Shown: one piece after another, positions 18,461 through 27,340 of the stretch | How the letters are laid out: every line of letters starts with the position of its first letter | How positions within the stretch are numbered: position 1 is the first letter of the stretch | Virus record (IMG/VR): IMGVR_UViG_3300029258_002326 | Coordinates: 1-64,000 of that record | DNA: 64,000 bases | Direction: 5' to 3' (one strand) | Source of the DNA: a virus | Lineage: Duplodnaviria; Caudoviricetes | Translations under genes and position numbers: made by a program | Notes under the pieces: generated by a model | Told to the model about the DNA's origin: nothing | The model's input: the letters and a program-made list of their open reading frames with translations, nothing else | The model's database searches: none

Positions 18461-18683
18461 AATCGGAGGATCGGTTGCTGAGGTAATCGTGGAGCAGGCT
18501 GCGACCATCAAACACCAGGCTGCGGTTATCGAACATCTCAGGAGTGTCATTCTGGATCTGTGTCCGAGGGTTACGGTGAAGGATGTAGCCGATCTTGTGG
18601 CTATAGAGGCGGATCTAAAGAGGGCGGCTGCCAAGCGCAAGGAAATACGAGAGAAGCACAACATAGGGGGGTCTGATGGCTAA
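18453..18683 (+). CDS. hypothetical protein
   Basis: AAGGAG RBS. Confidence 0.6.
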   Translation: MPEIGGSVAEVIVEQAATIKHQAAVIEHLRSVILDLCPRVTVKDVADLVAIEADLKRAAAKRKEIREKHNIGGSDG

Positions 18684-19086
18684 CTGTCACGAGTGCGAGC
18701 ACAACGAGGAATTCAATACGAAGTTTGTGTGGTGCGATGCCAAGAAGTGGCACGTCGAGCCTCATAACGAGCAGGACTGCAAAGAGTTCAAGAGCACCCT
18801 TGGGCGCAAGTTGTCTCCCAGTGAGGCAATCATGGGTTTTGCGCAGTGGCTCTCTACCCGGAACTATGAAGTTTCGATGTCGTGCCAGTGTGATCGCCGT
18901 ACGGTCAAGGAGTTGATCGATGCTTATTGCGAATCGAACAATCTGGAGGATCCGAAGAGCGGGTGGTGGTCCATCTCCAAAGATCCGGGCAGCGATTACA
19001 TGTCGGAAAGAGAGATAAGAAAATCGAACGAGCTGGGGATACTGGCTCCATTCAAGAGGGTGAAAAATGGAATGGGTAAAAGATAA
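18676..19086 (+). CDS. four-Cys module + unknown domain
   Basis: ANCHECEH...WC...C-x2-F. Confidence 0.7.
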   Translation: MANCHECEHNEEFNTKFVWCDAKKWHVEPHNEQDCKEFKSTLGRKLSPSEAIMGFAQWLSTRNYEVSMSCQCDRRTVKELIDAYCESNNLEDPKSGWWSISKDPGSDYMSEREIRKSNELGILAPFKRVKNGMGKR

Positions 19087-19468
19087 GTTTAAGAATTTCT
19101 CTAGCTTGTCCATATGGATGAAGATCCTGACGGTCCTGGCGGCTATCCTGTTCCCTGTCCTGTTCGTGCTCTGGGTAGTGGGCAAAGTTGCTGGCTACAA
19201 AAGAGGATCCATTGCTGACAGAGAGGGTGGGTCGGACGAGGCTCACGAGAGCGTCGTTGACGTTGCTCTTGACGAGTTGGTTATTGTGGATCTTGGTATA
19301 GAGAAAGGCCAGAAAGAGGCAAAGATAAAGAGGCTGATCGCTGAAGAGAAGGTAATGGAGGAAGACAATGGCCGGAAGGAATTCCATGACAAAGTTGATG
19401 CTGCTGCTGACGCTGGTGGCGTCGATACTATTTTACTCTGGAGAGATGATCGCAGAGGAAAAGACTAG
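19067..19468 (+). CDS. N-anchored coiled-coil membrane protein (i-spanin-like?)
   Basis: N-terminal TM, charged helical tail; overlaps the next gene by about 80 nt. Confidence 0.5.
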   Translation: MEWVKDKFKNFSSLSIWMKILTVLAAILFPVLFVLWVVGKVAGYKRGSIADREGGSDEAHESVVDVALDELVIVDLGIEKGQKEAKIKRLIAEEKVMEEDNGRKEFHDKVDAAADAGGVDTILLWRDDRRGKD

Positions 19469-19895
19469 CGTCGAGTTCGATGCGTTCAGGCTATTGGACT
19501 CGGCACCCAAAGCCAGGCGAGAGCTTCCAAGGGGGAAGAAGATAGTAAGAGACGGTGTGGAGTACCAGGCTTTCACGGCGCGAGAGCTTGCCGAGATCGT
19601 CAAATTGGAAGACGACTATGTGTGGCTCCACAAGCGGTTCTTCCCGCTAGTTCACGCGCACGCGCAGGGGCACTTGGAACTCAAGGCGCTGGATAACAGG
19701 AAGGCGCTGTGCGATGGTTCGAAGGAGATCCTAACAAGTGATCGCCTGTACTACAAAGAGCGACTGAAAGAGAACAAGGCGTATACGCTAAAGCTCTCGA
19801 AGAGCGCCAAGGTAGAAAAGGTTTTACTGATAGGTGCTGTATTGATTGAGGCGGCGATCATAGGGGCGCTGGGCGTCAAGGTTGTTGTTGACTGA
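19386..19895 (+). CDS. signal-peptide protein with C-terminal TM
   Basis: AAGGA RBS; hydrophobic N- and C-termini around a coiled coil. Confidence 0.6.
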   Translation: MTKLMLLLTLVASILFYSGEMIAEEKTSVEFDAFRLLDSAPKARRELPRGKKIVRDGVEYQAFTARELAEIVKLEDDYVWLHKRFFPLVHAHAQGHLELKALDNRKALCDGSKEILTSDRLYYKERLKENKAYTLKLSKSAKVEKVLLIGAVLIEAAIIGALGVKVVVD

Positions 19896-19909
19896 GAAGG
19901 GCGAGAGAG

Positions 19910-20119
19910 ATGAAAGTTGATATTGAGCCGTTCGTTGCGATTGTCATAGTCGTCGGGATACTGGGGGCCATGTTCATTGGGCAGTACAACTGGAATGTCT
20001 GTGAGAAGTGCGATGTTTGCCATGAGGTAGATGTTGACTCTGATGAGCAAGACGGCGGAGTCTTTGTTGAGAATGTTCCGTATCAGGTTGTCCCAATAGA
20101 GGTTGGAGCTATGCCATGA
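19910..20119 (+). CDS. small TM protein
   Basis: TM followed by CxxCxxC. Confidence 0.6.
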   Translation: MKVDIEPFVAIVIVVGILGAMFIGQYNWNVCEKCDVCHEVDVDSDEQDGGVFVENVPYQVVPIEVGAMP

Positions 20120-20295
20120 CCACGATTCAAGTAATTACAGTTGCTCTTTGTATTTTCTCGCTTGCGACTTCATGCTTGGCGTTTGCTCTTACCTTCAGGA
20201 AGGCGAGAGGGTCAGAAATAGCCAGGGATAGGACACTCAGGATCTTAGGTGAGATAGAGAGAGAAGCTGAAAAGTGGAATAAGGAGATCAGTTGA
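20116..20295 (+). CDS. small TM protein (59 aa, not in ORF track)
   Basis: MTTIQVITVALCIFSL...KEIS*; 4-nt overlaps on both sides. Confidence 0.6.
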   Translation: MTTIQVITVALCIFSLATSCLAFALTFRKARGSEIARDRTLRILGEIEREAEKWNKEIS

Positions 20296-20603
20296 TGGAT
20301 TGTTTTGCTTGCGGATATTCAGACACAGGCGGCGACTTCGTGAGGTGCTGGCAAGGTGACCGAGAGGGGAAGAGGATCAGCAGAGAAGAGTCGATAAAGG
20401 GTTGTAAGTATATAGATTGTACTGGTGAAGAGTGGAGGCACCCGATCCAGATTGCGCCAGCGGAAAAGGGCGTCAAGGGGACTTTGTATGCGCTCTGCAA
20501 CGATCATACGATCTGGTCTTATGCAGTGGGGGCCAAGGCGTGGTCGCGAATAAAGGGGATCCCTCAGCGCAAAAAGGGGGAGGAAGTTGATGGAGCGCGT
20601 TAA
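20292..20603 (+). CDS. four-Cys module + 'ALCND.T.W' module
   Basis: CFAC..C..C; PIQIA...LYALCNDHTIW...W...IPQ. Confidence 0.75.
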   Translation: MMDCFACGYSDTGGDFVRCWQGDREGKRISREESIKGCKYIDCTGEEWRHPIQIAPAEKGVKGTLYALCNDHTIWSYAVGAKAWSRIKGIPQRKKGEEVDGAR

Positions 20604-20614
20604 TAGGGAGACAG

Positions 20615-21196
20615 TTGATGCCTGATGATAAATTGAAAGGTTGCCTTACACCCGTGGAGGTGCTTGAGAAACTGGGATCGGTTAGTTTCGTGAGGCCAGT
20701 GACGGATGACACAGAGAGGTACGCTGAGCAGAGTGGGTGGTTAAGATCTCATGCTGAGGATATTTCCGTCCTTACAATTGAGCATCTAACCGATTTTTGC
20801 GCCCTGGATTGCAAAGCGTGCTCTCCTGGCTGCCCCGGCTGCCCGATTGGGTGCGAGATAGAGATCCGGGCAATGGAGGGCAAAGGGCTCCGCGTTAGGG
20901 TGGATGAGAAGGACGGTACTACTTGCATGACCATGATCCACGGCGGGAAAGAGCCAGAGCCGTTAAGGTTCGACATAGGCCCTGTCGCCGAAGATACGGA
21001 CGTTATGATGCTGGTCGGAAACGACTTCCGAATTGTGAAGGCCGGGGACTTGGCTGATCACGTGAACAAGGTCCGGGATGCCAAGGGGGTTAGCAGGGGT
21101 CTGGGTTTGAGCGGAGAGGTGGCCAAGGGGCTCAAGGAGAGCGCCGAGCATATCAGAAAAATGGAAGCAAAACGCTGGGTGGGCAATGATGAGTGA
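20615..21196 (+). CDS. hypothetical protein with central Cys cluster
   Basis: C...C..C...C..CP. Confidence 0.7.
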   Translation: MMPDDKLKGCLTPVEVLEKLGSVSFVRPVTDDTERYAEQSGWLRSHAEDISVLTIEHLTDFCALDCKACSPGCPGCPIGCEIEIRAMEGKGLRVRVDEKDGTTCMTMIHGGKEPEPLRFDIGPVAEDTDVMMLVGNDFRIVKAGDLADHVNKVRDAKGVSRGLGLSGEVAKGLKESAEHIRKMEAKRWVGNDE

Positions 21197-21569
21197 CGAG
21201 TTGAAAGTTGGAGACGTGGTCTACGGAAAGTCTACAGAATGGGGATGGAGGGGGATGGTGACCGGTCCCCCTAGAACCATTACCCGTGAGACGAAGACGT
21301 TGTGGATAACCGACGAGGGAACGCCGAACGAGCACAGGTGGAAGAAGGCGGGCATGGGTTTGAGTCTCTACGATGACAAGGCGAGAGCCGACAGGAAGAT
21401 CTACCAGGAGAACAAGGAGATCGGGATATTGCTGTACAGGCTGGGAAAGTTCAGATTCGACAGGCCCAGAGCCTGCACTCCAGAGGTGGCAAATCTTCTG
21501 CGGTTGGCTGTTAAGATCCTGTCGGATGAGGAACTGTCAAAGGAAAAGGCAGACCTCTCGCCCAAGTGA
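21186..21569 (+). CDS. hypothetical protein, SH3-like N-terminal module
   Basis: ELKVGDVVY...ITRETKT...RW. Confidence 0.7.
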   Translation: MMSDELKVGDVVYGKSTEWGWRGMVTGPPRTITRETKTLWITDEGTPNEHRWKKAGMGLSLYDDKARADRKIYQENKEIGILLYRLGKFRFDRPRACTPEVANLLRLAVKILSDEELSKEKADLSPK

Positions 21570-21602
21570 ACCATTAGGGGATTCCTGATAGTTGGATGCT
21601 CG

Positions 21603-21616
21603 CGAACTTGAGTTCG
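21603..21616 (-). repeat. 14-bp quasi-palindrome copy 4
   Basis: CGAACTTGAGTTCG; 8 nt upstream of a TTGACA. Confidence 0.95.
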
Positions 21617-21624
21617 CAATTCTG

Positions 21625-21653
21625 TTGACAAAGCATCATGCGGCCTGTAAATT
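21625..21653 (+). promoter_or_regulatory. sigma70-like promoter
   Basis: TTGACA-17 nt-TAAATT. Confidence 0.75.
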
Positions 21654-21686
21654 GCCAGGGTGGAAAGTTGATAGTGGAGGCTGAAA

Positions 21687-22058
21687 ATGAAGATGAAGAT
21701 TGGCGAGGCAAAAGAGATGATTAAGGTTTGCAGCGATTGTGTTCATGGCCGGGGTTACTCGGATTTGGTTCACTGTTGCCACCCTAGTGGTAAATTTTCC
21801 TTACCCAACATTGACATTAGAACTGCTGAAAAATGCAAATTCTTTCAGGTAAAGCCGGATTTGGAACGCCCCAGGGTGAGTCCTGTGTCGCGCAAGATTA
21901 TCGGTATAGCAGGATACGGGGACAAGGAAGTAGTTGTTGCGTTGTGTAACGACGGTACGACATGGGAGCTGTGGCGCGAGCTAGTGGATATTCAGAATGG
22001 CCAGGCTGAGTACAGGGATTCATGGAGGAAGTTGCCTCCGATTCCACAGGACGAATAA
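21687..22058 (+). CDS. four-Cys module + 'ALCNDGT.W' module
   Basis: GGAGG RBS; CSDCVH..C..C-x2-F; VVALCNDGTTW...WRKLPPIPQ. Confidence 0.8.
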   Translation: MKMKIGEAKEMIKVCSDCVHGRGYSDLVHCCHPSGKFSLPNIDIRTAEKCKFFQVKPDLERPRVSPVSRKIIGIAGYGDKEVVVALCNDGTTWELWRELVDIQNGQAEYRDSWRKLPPIPQDE

Positions 22059-22069
22059 GAAGGTTCAAA

Positions 22070-22309
22070 ATGAATAAAGCAGAGGCAAAAAGAAGGGTCT
22101 GCATGGATGTAGCAAGGTATCTGCGTGTCAATGCCGAGCTTGTGTTGGACAGGCTGGAGGCGCACGCCTTGGATCATAATTCGTTGCCATCGGCGCGAAA
22201 AACCGATTCGGAGAGAATGGTGGAGGCTACCTTGGAATTGGCAGCCGAGCTAGAGCGCCGGGGCACCCGTAGATACAGAGATGAGTCGGGGGACAACCAA
22301 GATGTATAA
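22070..22309 (+). CDS. hypothetical protein
   Basis: ORF in array. Confidence 0.6.
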   Translation: MNKAEAKRRVCMDVARYLRVNAELVLDRLEAHALDHNSLPSARKTDSERMVEATLELAAELERRGTRRYRDESGDNQDV

Positions 22310-22511
22310 GCCGAACAAGGTTGAGATATTTTTGCCGGATGGAACGAGGCTGTTCTCGTCCGAGGATAAGCCGCCTGCGAAGAATGCGTACGCCTATCCG
22401 CCTCCGGTATCGGGGGTTGTCGGGCTAAAGAGGACGGCCAAGGACGGCGACGACTACGATGGCCTAGTTGGTTTTTTGATTGCTGGTAAGGAGAAGGATG
22501 ATGAGCGTTGA
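22302..22511 (+). CDS. hypothetical protein
   Basis: ORF in array. Confidence 0.55.
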   Translation: MYKPNKVEIFLPDGTRLFSSEDKPPAKNAYAYPPPVSGVVGLKRTAKDGDDYDGLVGFLIAGKEKDDER

Positions 22512-23488
22512 TGACAAATAAATCCAAGATAACCTGGACTGACAGAACGTGGAACATAATGACAGGATGCACCCAGGTGTCGGACGGTTGCAAATTCTGC
22601 TATGCGAAGCGACAGGCTAGGCGGCTGGCGACGATCCCAGGCAGTGGGTACGAGGGTGACTATGCGCACCCGTTTGACGGCATGGGCTTCGAGGTCCGGC
22701 TGAGGCCAGACAGGATGGAGGATCCCAAGGGATGGAGGAAGCCGTCCAAGGTGTTCGTCTGCTCCATGGGCGATCTGTTTCACGAGGAAGTTCCGTTTGA
22801 GTTCATCGGAGAGGCGTTCTATGTAATGGCGCGGACTCCTCAGCATACGTATCAGGTGCTCACGAAGCGACCGGCACGAATGCTCGAATTCTTTGAGTGG
22901 CTGGGCGGCACGAGCGGCGCGGGCTGGATAGCGATGCGTAAGGATTGCGTGTTCCCTCTCCCTAATGTGTGGCTAGGTGTATCGGTAGAGAACCAGGCGG
23001 CGGCGGACGAGCGCATTCCGATATTAGCTAAGGTTCCTGCTGCTGTTCGGTTCTTGAGCTGCGAGCCATTGCTGGGGTTCGTTAACCTGGGCTTCGGAGG
23101 TTCTTTTCCCAGTCATGGCCGATGGGGATGGATGGACAACGAGGTGATTCATCTCGTAATTGTTGGGGGAGAGAGCGGGCCTGGCGCACGCCCTATGCAC
23201 CCAGAGTGGGCGATAGATCTGAGGGATCAATGTGTGGGTCACGACGTTCCGTTCATGTTCAAGCAATGGGGTGAATTCCAGCACGGGAGTGATTTGTCTA
23301 GGTCAACTGTGAACAAGATAGTTTTGAACGATGGTCGATATTGCGATACTCCTGCTGAACTTGGTTTTTCATCATCTGATGCCAGGAAGTGGTACGATCT
23401 GGATCCGACCATGATGGGCAAGGTCGGGAAGAAGAAAGCGGGCAGGTTGCTCAAAGGCAAGCTATGGAACGAGTATCCAAGAGAGTAG
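22508..23488 (+). CDS. phage Gp37/Gp68 family (DUF5131, radical-SAM-like) protein
   Basis: SKI.WTD.TWN..TGC..VS.GC..CYA; FVCSMGDLFH; LTKRP; NVWLGVSVENQ; RFLSCEPLLG; GGESG; FKQWG. Confidence 0.92.
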   Translation: MMTNKSKITWTDRTWNIMTGCTQVSDGCKFCYAKRQARRLATIPGSGYEGDYAHPFDGMGFEVRLRPDRMEDPKGWRKPSKVFVCSMGDLFHEEVPFEFIGEAFYVMARTPQHTYQVLTKRPARMLEFFEWLGGTSGAGWIAMRKDCVFPLPNVWLGVSVENQAAADERIPILAKVPAAVRFLSCEPLLGFVNLGFGGSFPSHGRWGWMDNEVIHLVIVGGESGPGARPMHPEWAIDLRDQCVGHDVPFMFKQWGEFQHGSDLSRSTVNKIVLNDGRYCDTPAELGFSSSDARKWYDLDPTMMGKVGKKKAGRLLKGKLWNEYPRE

Positions 23489-23763
23489 CGAATTGCGAGT
23501 TGGAAGAGTTTTATCAGTTGCTCACGCGCGCACAGGGTGCCCTCTCCAAGGGCATAGCGGCCATACGAAGGTTCGATAAGAGCAAGCAGGGGAAGGGCGT
23601 CATGAGGGACGCAGCGACGCGGGTGCGTGCGCTTGCGATGATCAATGATCGGATGGCCGTCCGTCGTCATGAGGTTGGGCGTCAACTAGACAAGAAAAAT
23701 GCTGCGGTTCTAATGCCGTGGCAGACGAGTACACTCGGGCATTATGACTCGCCTCCGGCATAG
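23389..23763 (+). CDS. hypothetical protein
   Basis: Fills the gap after DUF5131; true start probably downstream of 23389. Confidence 0.45.
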   Translation: MVRSGSDHDGQGREEESGQVAQRQAMERVSKRVANCELEEFYQLLTRAQGALSKGIAAIRRFDKSKQGKGVMRDAATRVRALAMINDRMAVRRHEVGRQLDKKNAAVLMPWQTSTLGHYDSPPA

Positions 23764-23831
23764 GCGATCACGTGCAGAGAGGGTGAACGAAAATGAGAGA
23801 ATTAATAGAGAGGATAAAAGGAGGCAAGAAA

Positions 23832-24173
23832 ATGGATAGGTACATAGCAGTGGACTTGGACGGAACGCTGGCCGAATATCACGGCTGGGTAGGAGTCGAT
23901 CACATTGGAGAACCGATCCCTAAGATGGTGAATCGAGTGAAAAAGTGGCTGGCAGAGGGCAAGGATGTCAGAATAATGACGGCCAGGGTTTCTCCTCAGC
24001 CGGAGGGAAGAACAGCAACAACGGTTCAAGCAATAGAGCGCTGGTGCTTGGAGCACATCGGCCAGTTGCTTCCTATAACGCACAGCAAAGACTATGGTAT
24101 GATTGAGCTGTGGGACGACCGAGCGATCCAGGTTATTGAGAACACCGGAGAGAGGGCAGACGGCAAAGAGTAA
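23832..24173 (+). CDS. HAD-superfamily phosphatase (PNKP phosphatase-like)
   Basis: IAVDLDGTLA; IMTAR; K...WDDRA. Confidence 0.85.
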   Translation: MDRYIAVDLDGTLAEYHGWVGVDHIGEPIPKMVNRVKKWLAEGKDVRIMTARVSPQPEGRTATTVQAIERWCLEHIGQLLPITHSKDYGMIELWDDRAIQVIENTGERADGKE

Positions 24174-24224
24174 GCCGTCACTGTGGGGACTGGGCCTACT
24201 TGAGCCCTTAAACAGGAGGGCAAT

Positions 24225-24779
24225 ATGTGGGCAACTTTCGTTAGTACCATCAAATATCTGGGCGTGATAATCAGGCACAAGTTCTTTGTGATCATTGCTG
24301 GCTTCAGGGTAAGGGCTCCGCTCATGCGGCTGCTCAGGCATGACATGTCCAAGTTCAGCCGGGCTGAGTTTCATCATTATAGGCGACAGTTTTGTGGGGA
24401 CGCCGGGGATCCTGGCGGGTTCAGAGCAGCGTGGCTTCATCATCAGAACTCAAACGATCATCATTGGGAGCACTGGATGCTTTCTAGGCGCATGTCTGCT
24501 TCTGAGAGCGCGGGCGCTGAAGTGGCTATGCCGATGCCGGAAGGGGCCGTCAGAGAGATGGTGGCGGACTGGATGGGCGCAACCAGGGCGTACGGCGGGA
24601 AGTGGCCCACGGTGGTGGAGTGGGACTGGTTCGTGGACAAGTGGCCCAGTGTTAGCAGTAAGATGCACCCGTCCACGAGAGCCAGGGTTTTCGCGGTAAT
24701 GAGAGAGGCCGGTTATCACGATATTTTGAAGCAAACGGCGGAGTCCAAAACGCCGGTTCGGGAGCAGTCCGAGGTCTAG
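24225..24779 (+). CDS. DUF5662-like (HD-type His-rich) protein
   Basis: RHK.FV; HDMSKFS..EF; AWLHH...N.HHWEHW; EMVADW. Confidence 0.8.
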   Translation: MWATFVSTIKYLGVIIRHKFFVIIAGFRVRAPLMRLLRHDMSKFSRAEFHHYRRQFCGDAGDPGGFRAAWLHHQNSNDHHWEHWMLSRRMSASESAGAEVAMPMPEGAVREMVADWMGATRAYGGKWPTVVEWDWFVDKWPSVSSKMHPSTRARVFAVMREAGYHDILKQTAESKTPVREQSEV

Positions 24780-24888
24780 GATTCTCCGTCATTTAAATCA
24801 CCTATAGCATTGCGAGATTTTGGTTTAACGTCGTGGTTGACCCGTGGTAGTGTTGTCGCAATGTTGCATGAATGAAGAGAGGTTGAAG

Positions 24889-25497
24889 ATGAAGTTTGAA
24901 TACTATGTTGACAATGTTGTGATGAAGCTGGCGAGCGATGCTGGGGCAAGCTCCGGGCGGCTGGCTGAGTTGATGAGCAGTAGGCAGTTCGTGGATTTCT
25001 TACACGGTACAATCGGTATATCCAGTGAGATGGGCGAGCTTTTGGACGCTTATAGAAAAGCAGATGCCAAGCCAGGTCCTATGTCCGATGAGCATCGCCG
25101 AGAGGTATTGGGAGAGCTTGGGGATATTTTATGGTTCACGGGCCTAGCTAGTCGGGCTCTGGGCGCGAGCGTTGAGGTGGGACAAGGGGTCGACAGTGGC
25201 AGTCGCAAATGGTCCGGGGATGCGGAGCTGGACATGGTCGTGTGTTCAGGGGAGCTTCTGTCCATAGCCAAGGCTCGGATCTTCTATGGTCGAGAGATAG
25301 CCCCAGGGCTGGCGATTTCAATGCTTAGTCGTATTGTGGACGGGGTGCGATCTTTGGCTCGCAAGGAGAGATGGACTCTTGAGGATGTAATGAGGGCGAA
25401 TATTGCCAAACTTTCGAAGCGCTATCCCGAGTTAGAGTTCTCGGACGACAGCGCCAACAACAGGGACACGGACGCAGAATTCGTGGCCATGGAGTAG
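24889..25497 (+). CDS. MazG-like nucleotide pyrophosphohydrolase
   Basis: GISSEMGELLD...ELGDILWF; NIAKL..RYP. Confidence 0.85.
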   Translation: MKFEYYVDNVVMKLASDAGASSGRLAELMSSRQFVDFLHGTIGISSEMGELLDAYRKADAKPGPMSDEHRREVLGELGDILWFTGLASRALGASVEVGQGVDSGSRKWSGDAELDMVVCSGELLSIAKARIFYGREIAPGLAISMLSRIVDGVRSLARKERWTLEDVMRANIAKLSKRYPELEFSDDSANNRDTDAEFVAME

Positions 25498-25523
25498 GTA
25501 GAAAATGGACGACACGGTCTTCG

Positions 25524-25537
25524 CGAACTCAAGTTCG
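25524..25537 (+). repeat. 14-bp quasi-palindrome copy 5
   Basis: Exact match; intergenic. Confidence 0.95.
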
Positions 25538-25622
25538 TGTTCTGTTTGCAAAACAGATTTGACCGTAGTACAGGTTGCCCAGTTTTTTAATTGCCAGTTG
25601 AACATTGGACAGGGTGAGTTCG

Positions 25623-26585
25623 ATGAAAAGGAGGGCGAGGATGCTCGGAGCCACGTGGGTGATTGGACATCGCGACGCAGATGGTTTTATGTCGGGGTAT
25701 TTAGCGCACAAGAAGCTGAGCGAATTGGGCGTGCGCGATATAAAGATGCACTCGATCCAGTACGGAGAGAATCTCCCAAAGATCAATTACGACTTTGACG
25801 AAGTGTACATGCTTGACTTTTCGTTGCCTGATCAGGAGATGCGCGAGCTTGCTGACAAGCTCGGCGATCGGCTCATATGGATAGACCATCATAAGACATC
25901 GCTTGATACTGAGAAGAAGATGGAACTGTCCACAGTTCGCGGAGTAAGGATCTCCTCGGACAATGAGAAGGTTGCAGCGTGCGAGTTGTGCTGGGAGTAT
26001 TTCTGGCCAGGGCGGAAGGTCCCTGGATGTGTGACGCTGGTAGGAGACTGGGATACGTTCCGGTGGGTTGATATGTTGGATGGATCCAATGGCAAGAGGT
26101 TCGCTAGGTTCTTCGCTCAGTTTATTGATGGGCTAGGTCTGGATCCGTCCCTCAAAGAGGCGCGTGACCTTATGGAAGGGTCAATCGAGGAGATACCATC
26201 GCTGGAGCATGTTGGGGTCCGAATCGGGAAGATGCTGTGCGAAAAGCAAGACGCTCTCCACGCTGAGATCATGGAGAATTGCTCATTCACTACGGTGATG
26301 ACAGTTCCAGAGGGTGATCAGCAGCTTACTGCATTGGTGGTAAACCATCGTGGCAATAGCTTGATGTTTCAGTCCAAGGTTCAGCCTCGGCATGAGATCC
26401 TGGTTAGCTACAGGATGAGGGGGAGAGACTGGGTGGAAGCCAGCTTGTACGGGGCGTCGGATCATGTCCATTGCGGGGAGATTGCGCGTTCGATAAGCAA
26501 CGGTAAAGGCGGCGGACACAGGGGTGCTGCTGGGTTCACGATGCCCATGAGTGAGTTCTACGTGCGCATGGGCATGGATAGATGA
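25623..26585 (+). CDS. DHH/DHHA1 phosphoesterase
   Basis: HRDADG; MLDFS; WIDHH; GGGH.GAAGF. Confidence 0.9.
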   Translation: MKRRARMLGATWVIGHRDADGFMSGYLAHKKLSELGVRDIKMHSIQYGENLPKINYDFDEVYMLDFSLPDQEMRELADKLGDRLIWIDHHKTSLDTEKKMELSTVRGVRISSDNEKVAACELCWEYFWPGRKVPGCVTLVGDWDTFRWVDMLDGSNGKRFARFFAQFIDGLGLDPSLKEARDLMEGSIEEIPSLEHVGVRIGKMLCEKQDALHAEIMENCSFTTVMTVPEGDQQLTALVVNHRGNSLMFQSKVQPRHEILVSYRMRGRDWVEASLYGASDHVHCGEIARSISNGKGGGHRGAAGFTMPMSEFYVRMGMDR

Positions 26586-26845
26586 GCGGCATTCTCAGTC
26601 TGAGTAAGTTCCTTTCCAAGAGGGGCAAGGCTGATCTATGTGGTCATGACGTCATCGTTATCGACCGAGCGAAGCGCATAGTGATATGCGAGAGGTGCCT
26701 TGAGGAGCTGGACCCATTGGAGATGCTTGCCAGGTGCGGAGGTTTCAGTGATCAAGGAGAGATTGCTATTCAGCCGGGATCAGATAACGATAAGGGTGAG
26801 CCGACCCCGTATGCGACCGTGCATCGTTTGCGGCCAAAAAGTTAA
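26582..26845 (+). CDS. small Zn-binding protein
   Basis: C.H...CERC..ELDP. Confidence 0.65.
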   Translation: MSGILSLSKFLSKRGKADLCGHDVIVIDRAKRIVICERCLEELDPLEMLARCGGFSDQGEIAIQPGSDNDKGEPTPYATVHRLRPKS

Positions 26846-27119
26846 GCCTGCATACAAGGGGCTCTGCAAGGATCGTTTTTTTCATTGCAAAAAATCTTGG
26901 TCGGTGGACCATCGGACGGGGGAGATTACGTTCGCGATGGATAGCGGTATGAAAGGGGACGAGGATTATTGAAGGTTCTGTCGAGGGCATCAGATCTGTT
27001 AGTCCCGACAGGTGGGTTTGACAATAACCTGTTGTAGGTTTCAAACTTGTATGAGATACAGGTAGAGAGGAAAAAAACAGTGACAGCGGTATAAAGCTAA
27101 TTACAAGGAGGGGCTGCCC

Positions 27120-27338
27120 ATGGCGAAAAAAGGTGCTGAGAGGCGAAAGAGTAAAAGGCCGAGTCGGTATAAGATTTTTCGTTCACAGTGCGAGTGTGGA
27201 GCCAGGGCGGTTGATTGGTACAAGGAGGAATTCATTTGCCGGGATTGCATGTGCCCCGAAGTGGAGGGGCAAGAGATCGGCGATTTAGTGAGGGTGGCCA
27301 GCTCTCTTGACTGGTGTGTCCTCGGAGACATGAGATAA
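27120..27338 (+). CDS. small Zn-finger protein
   Basis: AAGGAGG RBS; CECG...CRDC. Confidence 0.65.
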   Translation: MAKKGAERRKSKRPSRYKIFRSQCECGARAVDWYKEEFICRDCMCPEVEGQEIGDLVRVASSLDWCVLGDMR

Positions 27339-27340
27339 AT

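Noticed and set aside
27018-27046. Promoter at TTGACA 27018
   Set aside because: The -35 is perfect but there is no convincing -10 at 17-nt spacing.
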